A stretch of DNA of 64,000 bases. Origin: SAR202 cluster bacterium bin87. GTDB lineage: Bacteria > Chloroflexota > Dehalococcoidia > Lucifugimonadales > UBA3495. The translations under genes were made by a program, and so were the position numbers. Every line of letters begins with the position of its first letter. Position 1 is the stretch's first letter. Shown here piece by piece: positions 26,329-34,886 of this stretch. The stretch covers positions 51,180 through 115,179 of the forward strand of contig MPNC01000002.1 in the NCBI GenBank assembly GCA_002238825.1, in the 5' to 3' direction. Under the pieces are notes generated by a model that saw only the letters and a list, made by a program, of their open reading frames with translations, ran no database searches and was not told the DNA's origin.

Positions 26329-27471
26329 TCAGCCTTGCTGGTCTCCCAGCGTGAACGGGAGATGGTCCGCGATGTCAGCCTCCGTCCGGAACGGGCCCCA
26401 TTCGCGCGGGATGTTGAGCAGTCGCCCTTCCAGATCGTCCACACTGGTCTGGCCGCAATAGGCCATGGCGCGGTTGAACTCTTCGCGCAGCAGTTCCAGC
26501 ATGTGATGCACCCCGTCGGCGCCGTTCACCGCAAGGCCCCAGTAGAGGGGCCGCCCGACGGCGACGGCAGTGGCGCCCAGTGCCAGCGCCTTCAGCACAT
26601 CGCTGCCGCGCCGGACGCCGGAGTCGACGTACACCTCCACCCGTCCCCGGGTGGCAGCGACGATTTCGGGTACCATTTCGATGCTGGACATCGTATCGTC
26701 GAACCGGCGGCCTCCGTGGGTGGAAACCTGTATCGCGTTAACGCCGTGCTCCACGGCCATGCGCGCGTCTTCGGCAACCCGGACGCCCTTCAAAACCAGA
26801 GGCAGGTCGGTGAGGCTCCGCAACCAGTCTAACTCGCGCCACGTGATGGGTGGACCTTGCGGCGTGTCCCAGGCCGGCAGTTCGGCGGGCCCGCCGGCCG
26901 TGGCCGCGGGGTTTTCCTGTGCTCGGAAGTTGCCGTACTCCCCCGGGCGCTCATAGCGATTGCGCAAATCTCGCTCCTTGGGAGTGGGCAACGGAGCATC
27001 GACGGTGAGCACGATCGCCTTGAAACCCGCGGCTTCCGCTCGCTTCACCAGGTTCTCCGTGAGGTCGTAACCGCGATGAGAAAGCTGGAACCACAACGGT
27101 CCCGTTGCCGCTTCGGCAATTTCTTCCATGCTGCAGTTGGAAGACGTGCTGCACATCATCAGGGTGCCGGACCTACCCGCCCCGCGGACGGTGGCGCGCT
27201 CCGCCTCCGGATGCGCATTCAGGTGTGCGTCCGTGGGGGCGATCATCACCGGGAAACTGATGTCGGATCCGAGGACCGTAGTTGAAATCTTCCGCTCCGT
27301 GGTATCCCGCAGGAAACGCGGCCGCAGCGTGAGCGCTTCGAAAGCCGTGCGATTTCGGGCCGTGGTCCGTTCGTCCATCGCGCCGGCTTCGACGAACACC
27401 CAATTGTTGTGCGGCAGAATGTGGCGCGCGCGCGCCTCGTAGTCGTATAAGCTGATCGGATCCATTCGCAC
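26329..27471 (-). CDS. FMN-dependent alpha-hydroxy-acid dehydrogenase/oxidase (LldD / glycolate oxidase family)
   Basis: GTG start 7 nt after AAGGAG. SLYDYEARARHILP..., ...VLTVDAPL.. and the ..QVSTHGGRRFD.. block are typical of the family. Confidence 0.88.
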   Translation of the reverse strand: MRMDPISLYDYEARARHILPHNNWVFVEAGAMDERTTARNRTAFEALTLRPRFLRDTTERKISTTVLGSDISFPVMIAPTDAHLNAHPEAERATVRGAGRSGTLMMCSTSSNCSMEEIAEAATGPLWFQLSHRGYDLTENLVKRAEAAGFKAIVLTVDAPLPTPKERDLRNRYERPGEYGNFRAQENPAATAGGPAELPAWDTPQGPPITWRELDWLRSLTDLPLVLKGVRVAEDARMAVEHGVNAIQVSTHGGRRFDDTMSSIEMVPEIVAATRGRVEVYVDSGVRRGSDVLKALALGATAVAVGRPLYWGLAVNGADGVHHMLELLREEFNRAMAYCGQTSVDDLEGRLLNIPREWGPFRTEADIADHLPFTLGDQQG

Positions 27472-27771
27472 GGTTGGACTCCTTAGAACCTGGTCAGCGC
27501 TGCCGACCTGTTGCAGCGGCGAAACCAGCGTTACGGGCGGCAGACCTCGGAAACCTGGGGAGATCGAACGTTAGCATGTCGGTCAAAGGGTTTCAATGAA
27601 TACCAACCCATCGAAATCAACTCGCGGTCACGGGGCAACCTCGAGGAGCGCTATGTCCAACTTCCCGCACGGATTCAGTGGCCGGTAGTTCGCCCCAAAT
27701 GCGGACTGTCCACGTGCTATCATGGCCTCGCGTTCACCCCAACCTGCCGGATACCAAGGAGGGCATGGCAA

Positions 27772-28572
27772 ATGACAACAGGCACCCAGGCATGGACCGA
27801 ACAAACCGTGGAAGCCGCGGGAGTTCAACTGCAAATGGTCACGGGCGGCAGCGGCGCGCCCCTGCTCATCCTGCACGACGAATTCGGACACCACGGACAG
27901 CTCCGCTACCATGAGGCCCTCGCCCGCGACTTCAGCCTGTACATTCCTTCCCATCCCGGCTTCGGCGCGACCGAACGACAGGAATGGGTGATGAACATGC
28001 GGGATCTGGCGGGCTGGTACCTGGAAGCCCTGGACGACCTGGACCTCGGACCAGTGAACCTGATGGGGTTCTCCCTGGGTGGGTGGCTGGCCGCGGAAAT
28101 GGCGTCGATGTCTCCCGACCTCTTCCAAAAACTGGTGCTGGTTGCGCCGGCCGGCATCCGGCCTTCCACCGGAGAAATCTTCGATTTGTTCCTCGTGGTC
28201 GCCGAGGAATTTCTGACTGTAGGCTTCCACGATCCCGAAGCCGCTCCCGAATACCGGCAGGTTTGCCCCGAAGAGCCCTCCGCGGAACTTGCCGAGGCCT
28301 GGGCGGTGGCGCGGGAAGAGGCGTGCCGCCTCAGCTGGCGGCCCTACATGCACTCCCTGGGCCTTCCCCACCTGGTGCACCGGCTGAAGCGGGTGCCCAC
28401 CCAGATCATCTGGGGGCAGCAGGACAACATCGTCCCGGTGTCCGCCGGACAGGTCTACCACGAGTCCATCCCCGGCTCACGCCTGGACCTCTTTGACTCT
28501 TGCGGACATCGTCCCGAGTTGGAAAAGACGGACGAATTCGTGGCCCTGGTCAGGGAGTTTCTATCGTCTTAG
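27772..28572 (+). CDS. Alpha/beta hydrolase (meta-cleavage-product hydrolase-like)
   Basis: AAGGAGG upstream of the ATG at 27772. HG..G oxyanion region LLILHDEFG, nucleophile elbow GFSLGG and a C-terminal CGH are present. The 87-codon N-terminal extension of the ORF track was rejected. Confidence 0.8.
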   Translation: MTTGTQAWTEQTVEAAGVQLQMVTGGSGAPLLILHDEFGHHGQLRYHEALARDFSLYIPSHPGFGATERQEWVMNMRDLAGWYLEALDDLDLGPVNLMGFSLGGWLAAEMASMSPDLFQKLVLVAPAGIRPSTGEIFDLFLVVAEEFLTVGFHDPEAAPEYRQVCPEEPSAELAEAWAVAREEACRLSWRPYMHSLGLPHLVHRLKRVPTQIIWGQQDNIVPVSAGQVYHESIPGSRLDLFDSCGHRPELEKTDEFVALVREFLSS

Positions 28573-28586
28573 CGTTTCACGCGTTA

Positions 28587-28595
28587 TGGTAAAAT
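28587..28595 (+). promoter_or_regulatory. Candidate extended -10 promoter element (TGGTAAAAT) upstream of the LLM gene
   Basis: TGnTAAAAT lies 34 nt upstream of the ATG at 28629. No good -35 box. Confidence 0.35.
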
Positions 28596-28628
28596 CCGCG
28601 CGTAGCCGGACCCGGGAGGAAACTGCTC

Positions 28629-29918
28629 ATGTTCATTGGATATTTCACCGAAAGGCCTTACCAGGATCCCAAGTCAGGGTATTTTGGCGCCACCGGCAAA
28701 TCAATCATGGACCTGAACGTCAGCAACGAAATTTACGATGCTGAGTTGGGAGCCAGCCTCTACAATCGCTACCTCGACGAAAAAATCTACGCCGAGGAGA
28801 TGGGATTTGACGGCCTCATGCTCAACGAGCATCACAGCACCCCCTTCTGCATGGGCGGCGCGATGAACGTCGAGGCCTCGATTCTGGCCCGCATCACCGA
28901 CCGCGCCAAGATTGTCCTGTTGGGCAACATCCTGCCCCTGTGGGACGACCCCCTGTGGCTCGTCGAACAACTGTCCATGATCGACATGATCTCCCATGGC
29001 CGCCTTGTTTCGGGCTGGGTTCGGGGCACCGGCCGCGAGAGCGTCGCCCACAACATTGAGCCGCACTATAACTGGGAACGGTTCAAGGAAGCGCACGAAT
29101 TGATCGTCAAGGCCTGGACGACTCCGGGACCGTTCCGCTGGGAAGGCAAGCATTTCCACTACCGCCACGTGAACCCTTGGGTCAAGCCCTACCAGAAACC
29201 GCACCCGCCCATCTGGCTGCCCGGCGTGGTCTCCCGCGACTCCCTCATTTGGGCTGCCGAGCAGCGCATTCCGTACATCATGCTGGCCACCGAGATGGAA
29301 CCCACCAAGCAGGCCTTCCAGATCTACCACGATACGGCCGCAGAGTTGGGTTACGAGTCCGGCCCGCAGAATATCGGTTACCTGTGGAAGGTCCACGTCG
29401 ATGAGACCGAGGAGTTGGCGGAGCAGACCGGCCGCAAGTACGTGCAGGGGCCCAGCAATCCCTTCCTGGCCGGCAACGAGGGAACCACTAACCAGGCACT
29501 GCTGCATCTTCCCGGCCTGACCTCCCGGCGTCGGGTCCTGCCCACCACGTCGGTCGCCACGGCGGCCCGTGGCGGAAGCGCCGGTCCTGGCGGTGTGCTG
29601 TCGCGTCCGTACGAGCAGCAGGTCGAGGATTACACCATCATCTCCGGCACCCCCGACACCGTGATCCCCAAGATCCGGCACGTCCTGGAAACCATCCGCC
29701 CCGGCAGCATCTTCTTCTGGGACGGCGACGGAGCCATGACCCACGACGACGCCATGCGCAGCCTGCGCCTCATGGGCCAGGAAGTGCTGCCCGCCGTCCG
29801 CGAGATGGCCAAGGAACTGGACCTGCCCGGACCCTTCGAAGTGGATCCGGCCACCGGCCAGCCCTACGTGGCAGAGACGAACTCAGCGCAGCCCGCCGAG
29901 GTCACTGCCGACGACTAG
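28629..29918 (+). CDS. LLM-class flavin-dependent oxidoreductase (long form, 429 aa)
   Basis: AEEMGFDGLMLNEHHSTPF..., ISHGRLVSG and KPYQKPHPPIW blocks are present. Confidence 0.85.
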   Translation: MFIGYFTERPYQDPKSGYFGATGKSIMDLNVSNEIYDAELGASLYNRYLDEKIYAEEMGFDGLMLNEHHSTPFCMGGAMNVEASILARITDRAKIVLLGNILPLWDDPLWLVEQLSMIDMISHGRLVSGWVRGTGRESVAHNIEPHYNWERFKEAHELIVKAWTTPGPFRWEGKHFHYRHVNPWVKPYQKPHPPIWLPGVVSRDSLIWAAEQRIPYIMLATEMEPTKQAFQIYHDTAAELGYESGPQNIGYLWKVHVDETEELAEQTGRKYVQGPSNPFLAGNEGTTNQALLHLPGLTSRRRVLPTTSVATAARGGSAGPGGVLSRPYEQQVEDYTIISGTPDTVIPKIRHVLETIRPGSIFFWDGDGAMTHDDAMRSLRLMGQEVLPAVREMAKELDLPGPFEVDPATGQPYVAETNSAQPAEVTADD

Positions 29919-30020
29919 CGTCGAACCATACGCTTTGCATGCGCGCCTCTCCCGCACCAAGGGGGAGGCCGTTTGCTATCAACTGCCGATTCCCGTTCAT
30001 ACCGCACAAGGAGCGTGACC

Positions 30021-31037
30021 ATGCCTTACGGAGACAATGACTGGCTGGCCCTCACCGCCGAAACGTCCCTGGAACCAGACCTGCCCATATGCGACGCCCA
30101 CCATCACTTCTGGGACTTTCGCATGGATCGTGTCCCCTACCACCGCTACCTGCTGGATGAGCTGGCCGCGGACGTGAACAGTGGGCACAACGTGCGCTCC
30201 ACGGTATTCCTCGAAGCGCGGTCGATGTACCGTCCCGACGGGCCCGAAGAACTGCGGCCGGTGGGCGAGGTCGAATTCGTCCAGGGCATCGCCGCCGCCA
30301 GCGCCACGGGCCTCTACGGACCGACCAGGGCTGCCGCCGCCATCATCGGGCACGCGGACCTGGCCCTCGGTGGCGACGTAGCTCGAGTCCTCGATGCCCT
30401 CCAGGCCGCCAGTCCCAACCGGTTCCGTGGCATCCGGTACAACACCGGGTGGGATCCGCATCCCGAACTGGATAGCCGTTCGACCGAGCACAAGCTCGCC
30501 GACCCGCAGCTGCGCGCCGGGGCCAAAGTGCTGGCCGACCGCGGTCTGGTATACGAGAACGTGGTGTACTTCCCGCAGCTTTCGGACTTGGTTGATTTCG
30601 CCAACGCCCTTCCCGACTTGACCATCGTGTCCAACCACATCGGCGGACTGATCCGCGTCGGCCCCTACGGCAACCGGGACGACGAGGTGGTGCCGGCATG
30701 GCGCGAGGGCGTGGCCGCCCTGGCGCAGTGTCCCAACGTGGTGATGAAGCTCGGTGGGGTGGGCCAGACGCGGTACGGCTTCGACTGGCACACGCGGGCG
30801 ACGCCCATCGGCTCCGAGCAGTTGGCCGAGGAGATGGGGCCGCTCATCACCTACTGCATCGACCAGTTCGGACCCGACCGTTGCCTGTTCGAGAGCAACT
30901 TCCCGCCGGACAAGGTGTCCTTCTCGTACAACGTCATGTACAACGCCTTCAAGCGCATGACGTCAGGCTACTCCGCCAGCGAGCGCGCCGCCATGTTCCA
31001 CGACAACGCGGCCCGGATCTACAGCATCGAGTACTAG
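30021..31037 (+). CDS. Amidohydrolase-2 family metal-dependent hydrolase (TIM barrel)
   Basis: AAGGAG RBS. ICDAHHHFWD is a metal-binding motif typical of PF04909-type enzymes. Confidence 0.8.
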   Translation: MPYGDNDWLALTAETSLEPDLPICDAHHHFWDFRMDRVPYHRYLLDELAADVNSGHNVRSTVFLEARSMYRPDGPEELRPVGEVEFVQGIAAASATGLYGPTRAAAAIIGHADLALGGDVARVLDALQAASPNRFRGIRYNTGWDPHPELDSRSTEHKLADPQLRAGAKVLADRGLVYENVVYFPQLSDLVDFANALPDLTIVSNHIGGLIRVGPYGNRDDEVVPAWREGVAALAQCPNVVMKLGGVGQTRYGFDWHTRATPIGSEQLAEEMGPLITYCIDQFGPDRCLFESNFPPDKVSFSYNVMYNAFKRMTSGYSASERAAMFHDNAARIYSIEY

Positions 31038-31040
31038 CCG

Positions 31041-32396
31041 TTACGCAGTAGACAACAACGCGGTCAGTTCGCCCACATCCGACATCTGGTCCAGGCGGCT
31101 GACCGCTTCAACCACACGCTGCACTTTGCCATCGCCCAGGGTATCCCGCGAGAGCAGATCGAACTTGCCCAACAGTTCCTCCCGCCCGGCGGGGTTGGAG
31201 AAGTCTCCGCGCTGAGAGGTGACTTCTGCGTGGCGTATACGGCCGTCGGTGAGCCGCACGGCGACCCGCGCGCACGGGTAGTCGTACCGGCGGAGGTTCA
31301 TCTCCGGGTCGGCGTTCAGCGCAACACGCTTGGCCAGGTTACGGATGTCGGCGTCGTTTACCCGCTCGGGCAAAAACGCGGTCACGTCGGTGCGGCCGTA
31401 GCAGATTGCGGCGGCCACCGCGTAGGGAATCGAGAACTTGGCGGCCAGCATGTTCTCGGGGTGGGGGTCGTCCATGATCCCGGCGATGGGCGGCGCAGTA
31501 ACCGCAATGTTTTTCACGTCTGCTGGGGCGAAAGGCTCTTCGCGCAGGAGGTCCTGCACGGCGTCCAGTACGGGGTGGTTGTACAGGCAGCAGGCGTGCA
31601 GCTTGAAGTAGTTCTGCTGGATGCGCAGACTGCCGCTGGTTCCCAGGCCCTCGGTCACCGCTTCAGGGTCGAAGCCGTCACCGAGGAAAGTGCGGTACAG
31701 ATCAGCCGGCCCGTCGGCGATGGCCGTGTACCCGCACTGGCTGAGATGCGCGGCCATGACGCCCTGGAAACCGGACCGGCCGGGGTAGAGGTTGCGCACG
31801 GTGGCCCCTTCGATACAGGGAGTCCATGTGTTGGCCGGACTCATCGACATCGCCAGGTTCATCGCCTCTCGGGTCTGCGCCGCATCGAAGCCCATCAGTC
31901 GCGCCGTGGCGGCGGCGGTGCCGATGGTACCCCACGTCCCGTGCGAATGCACCTCCGCCTTGACGGTGGTCGCCGTGCCGATGCGCGAGATGACCTCGTA
32001 GCCAACGATAATGCTCGCCAGCACCTCGCTGCCGCTGCGTCCCAGGTCCTCGCCCACGGCGATGGCGCCTGGCGTCACGTGGATGGACGGGTGCCCGCCG
32101 CCCAGGCGGTTGCCCTCATCCATCTCCAGCGACACGCCGGCGGTGGCGTTCACCATGGTTGCCCAGACCGGCTGCACCCGATGGCCGTGACCCAGGATAG
32201 TCGCCTGGCCGGGTCCGCTCATGGTCGCGGCGAGCCCGGCGAAGTTGGCGTTTTCCGACAGGCGGCTGCCGGCCAGCATCGCGCCGATGGTGTCCAGCGC
32301 CACGTCTTTCGCGGCGGCGATGGCGGCGGGGTCAAAGTTCGCCCAACGCGTTTCCGCGACAAACTCGGCAAGTTGGTCCAGATAGTCTTGCTTCAT
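31041..32396 (-). CDS. MmgE/PrpD-family protein (paralogue 3)
   Basis: MKQDYLDQLAEFVAETRWANFDPAAIAAAKDVALDTIGAMLAG... Internal ATG at 32396 chosen. Confidence 0.85.
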   Translation of the reverse strand: MKQDYLDQLAEFVAETRWANFDPAAIAAAKDVALDTIGAMLAGSRLSENANFAGLAATMSGPGQATILGHGHRVQPVWATMVNATAGVSLEMDEGNRLGGGHPSIHVTPGAIAVGEDLGRSGSEVLASIIVGYEVISRIGTATTVKAEVHSHGTWGTIGTAAATARLMGFDAAQTREAMNLAMSMSPANTWTPCIEGATVRNLYPGRSGFQGVMAAHLSQCGYTAIADGPADLYRTFLGDGFDPEAVTEGLGTSGSLRIQQNYFKLHACCLYNHPVLDAVQDLLREEPFAPADVKNIAVTAPPIAGIMDDPHPENMLAAKFSIPYAVAAAICYGRTDVTAFLPERVNDADIRNLAKRVALNADPEMNLRRYDYPCARVAVRLTDGRIRHAEVTSQRGDFSNPAGREELLGKFDLLSRDTLGDGKVQRVVEAVSRLDQMSDVGELTALLSTA

Positions 32397-32419
32397 GATC
32401 CCCTCGGCGATGTCATCGT

Positions 32420-32519
32420 GAGCGCAGCGCGGCAATCTCGTCGGCGGAGTCAGCCGAGTTCACGTCACCGCCGGCAACACAACGAGATTGCTACGTCGCT
32501 ATCGCGTCTCGCAATGACA
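32420..32519. repeat. Conserved imperfect-palindrome intergenic element, copy A
   Basis: 5' arm GAGCGCAGCGCGGCAATCTCGT (32420-32441), 39-nt loop, 3' arm AACGAGATTGCTACGTCGCTATCGCGTCTC (32481-32510). The core GCAATCTCGT/ACGAGATTGC is a 10-bp perfect complement. About 80% identical to copy B in both arms. Confidence 0.75.
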
Positions 32520-32532
32520 GACTCGATACCGC

Positions 32533-33411
32533 CTACCTGGTGAAGAATTCGTGGAGGAGGCGATACGCGTCGTCGGGCAACTCCTCGGCGATGTAGTGGC
32601 CGGAGGGCAGCGACTGGCCTTCCACGTTGTTGGAATAGTTGCTCCACACTCCGAGGACGTCCTGGGTGCGGCCCACGTATCCGCGGTCGCTCCACAACGC
32701 CAGGTGGGGGCAGTTCACCTTGTTCTCGAAATCGGCCTCGTCGTGCTCCAGGTCGATGCTGGCGCCGGCGCGGTAGTCCTCGCACGCCCCGTGGATGGCA
32801 TCGGGGTTGCTGAAGCAGCGCACGTATTCGTCCACCGCCTCCTGCGGGAAGACCTCTTCGGCATTGCGCTCCCGCATGAACCGCGATCGGATGTAGTAGT
32901 CCGGGTCCGCGCCGATCACTCGCTCGGGGAAATCGTAGGGCTGGATCAGGAAGAACCAGTGGTAGGTGTTGGTCGCCATCTCCTTGTTCACGATGCTGAA
33001 CATGTGGCGCGTGGGCACGATGTCCAGCGTCGCCAGCCGCAACACGCGCTGCGGATGGTCCTTGGTCAACCGGTGCGCGACGCGGGCGCCCCGGTCGTGG
33101 CTCCCCAGGAAGAAGGTATCGAACCCCAGGTGGCTCATGGCGTCCACCAGGTCCTGCGCCTGGGCCCGCTTCGAGTGATTGAAGTGGTCGGGGCTGCCCT
33201 GGGGCTTGCCGCTGTCGCCGTAACCGCGCAGGTCCGCCGCGACCACCGTGAAATCTTCCGCCAGCCTCGGGGCGACCTTGTGCCACATGGTGTGCGTCTG
33301 CGGGTAACCGTGCAACAGCAGAAGCGGTGGTCCGCTCCCGCCCTTAACCAGGTTCACCGGCTCGCCGCTGGTCTCCACCAGCATGCGCTCAAATCCCTCG
33401 AAAAAAGCCAT
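32533..33411 (-). CDS. Alpha/beta hydrolase with Asp nucleophile (haloacetate dehalogenase / epoxide hydrolase-like)
   Basis: ATG at 33411 lies 6 nt after AAGGAG. LLLLHGYPQTHTMWHKV, DLRGYGDSGKP and GSHDRGARVAHR (HDRG nucleophile elbow) are present. Confidence 0.8.
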   Translation of the reverse strand: MAFFEGFERMLVETSGEPVNLVKGGSGPPLLLLHGYPQTHTMWHKVAPRLAEDFTVVAADLRGYGDSGKPQGSPDHFNHSKRAQAQDLVDAMSHLGFDTFFLGSHDRGARVAHRLTKDHPQRVLRLATLDIVPTRHMFSIVNKEMATNTYHWFFLIQPYDFPERVIGADPDYYIRSRFMRERNAEEVFPQEAVDEYVRCFSNPDAIHGACEDYRAGASIDLEHDEADFENKVNCPHLALWSDRGYVGRTQDVLGVWSNYSNNVEGQSLPSGHYIAEELPDDAYRLLHEFFTR

Positions 33412-33582
33412 CTTCCGCTCCTTGGCATCTGCTGAGTCAGTGCAAACCGTTTGCCCGCACGCTGCTACATAATGCGGCGGCGCGCCGATGATGTAAATAC
33501 CTTCGTCCGCGCCCTTTGACACCATATTCGCGCCCGTGTACCGTAGGCTTGAACCCGCCGGAACGGCACCTTGAGAGCGCAA

Positions 33583-34755
33583 ATGACCATCACCACGGTA
33601 CCGCACAACATCGCCCACTACCTGGACGCGGCTCAACCCTTCGTGGCTCGCGTCGACGAGGCCGCCGACTGGATCGACGCCGAACGGCAGATGCCACCCG
33701 ACCTCGCCGCGGACATGGCCGATGCCGGGTTTTTCCGCCTGCTACTGCCCCGAGAGCTGGGCGGAGCGGAGCTGGCACACCCCGACTTCCTCCAGATACT
33801 CGAGCAGTTCGCGGCCGCCGACGCCAGCGTCGCGTGGTGCCTGAACCAGAACAATGTCTTCTCGACCAGGTCCACGCGCATGACCATGTCAACCGCGCAA
33901 GAGATTTGGGGCGAGCAACGGGCAGTGGTGACGAACGGACCACCGGCCCGCGGGTCGAAATCGGTTCCAGTACCGGAGGGTTTCCGGCTGAGCGGGCATT
34001 GGAACTTCAGCAGCGGCAGCGACCACGCCACCTGGATCGCCGCGCTGGCGCCCGTCATACCGGAGAACGGCGCGGGAACCGATGGGCAACCGCCCCAGAT
34101 GCGCCTGCACCTGATGCCCATTGACCAGGTGCGAATGGTGGACCTGTGGCAGGTCGCCGGACTTCGCGGAACCGGCAGTTTCAGTTTCCAGGTGGACGAC
34201 CTGTTGGTTCCCGAGGAACGTTCTTTCGTGCAGGAAGGCCCGTCCTGGTGCGACCGCCCACTCTACGGGATACCCACCACGCTGCTTTTCGCCACCGGGT
34301 TCGCCACCGTCGCGCTCGGCGTCGCGCGCAAAAGCCTGGACATCGCCATCGAAGTGGGCGGCAGCAGGACGCCCTACCGCTCCGGCACCCTGCTTCGCGA
34401 CCACCAGACCACTCAACGCACCATCGGCGAGGCCCACGCGCAGCAGAGTTCGGCCAGGGCATTCCTGAAGGACGCACACGGTCGACTGTGGGAGTCGGCC
34501 TGCGCCCGTGGCGCTCTCACCACCGACGAGCGCATTCAACTTCGCGTGGCAGCGACCCATGCCATCCGCACGTCGGCGCAGGTGGTGGACGCCGCATACA
34601 CCCTGTGCGGCGCCAGCGGCATTTTCCAGACCAACCCGATCCAGCGCAGGTTCCAGGACATTCATGTGATCACGCAGCACGTGCAGGGGCACCATGTGCA
34701 CTACGAAACCGCCGGCCAATACCTGCTGGGGCTGGAACCACAGGGCGTTTTTTAG
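33583..34755 (+). CDS. Acyl-CoA dehydrogenase-fold flavoprotein (type-2 C-terminal domain; probable flavin-dependent monooxygenase)
   Basis: DAERQMPPDLAADMADAGFFRLLLPRELGGAEL and ..ASVAWCLNQ.. resemble the DszC/HpaH-C2-like group. Start is ATG 33583 (or TTG 33571). Confidence 0.7.
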   Translation: MTITTVPHNIAHYLDAAQPFVARVDEAADWIDAERQMPPDLAADMADAGFFRLLLPRELGGAELAHPDFLQILEQFAAADASVAWCLNQNNVFSTRSTRMTMSTAQEIWGEQRAVVTNGPPARGSKSVPVPEGFRLSGHWNFSSGSDHATWIAALAPVIPENGAGTDGQPPQMRLHLMPIDQVRMVDLWQVAGLRGTGSFSFQVDDLLVPEERSFVQEGPSWCDRPLYGIPTTLLFATGFATVALGVARKSLDIAIEVGGSRTPYRSGTLLRDHQTTQRTIGEAHAQQSSARAFLKDAHGRLWESACARGALTTDERIQLRVAATHAIRTSAQVVDAAYTLCGASGIFQTNPIQRRFQDIHVITQHVQGHHVHYETAGQYLLGLEPQGVF

Positions 34756-34774
34756 GATGGCTCACTGCCGTTGC

Positions 34775-34858
34775 GAGCGTAGCGGGGCAATCTCGTTGCT
34801 CCTGTAGAGTCTGCCGCAAGAACGAGGTTGCCACGTTGCTGCGCGCCTCTCAACGACA
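34775..34858. repeat. Conserved imperfect-palindrome intergenic element, copy B
   Basis: 5' arm GAGCGTAGCGGGGCAATCTCGT (34775-34796), 24-nt loop, 3' arm AACGAGGTTGCCACGTTGCTGCGCGCCTCTC (34821-34851). The stem GGCAATCTCGTT/AACGAGGTTGCC has one T-G pair, which is tolerated only in + sense RNA. Confidence 0.75.
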
Positions 34859-34886
34859 CGTAGCCGATTGCCAAGGAGGTCGCGTT

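Noticed and set aside
32420-34858. Interpretation of the two imperfect palindromes as integron attC sites.
   Set aside because: attC sites are also bulged imperfect palindromes of this size. However, there is no IntI integrase, no RYYYAAC/GTTRRRY core pair at the ends, the flanking genes are in mixed orientation, and the elements are not at regular cassette boundaries.
34146-34886. N-terminal 247 codons of the 719-aa ORF 34146..36305. The same problem affects the ORF-track starts of 17728..19164, 19226..20662, 23667..25076, 27511..28572, 29973..31037, 31041..32435, 32533..33636, 47948..48904, 48806..49387, 51160..51765 and 56218..58713.
   Set aside because: The extension overlaps the preceding ACAD-fold gene in another frame and has Arg/Pro-rich nonsense composition. 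A strong AAGGAGG plus ATG at 34887 coincides with the start of family homology. Similar RBS/homology arguments were used to trim the other ORFs.
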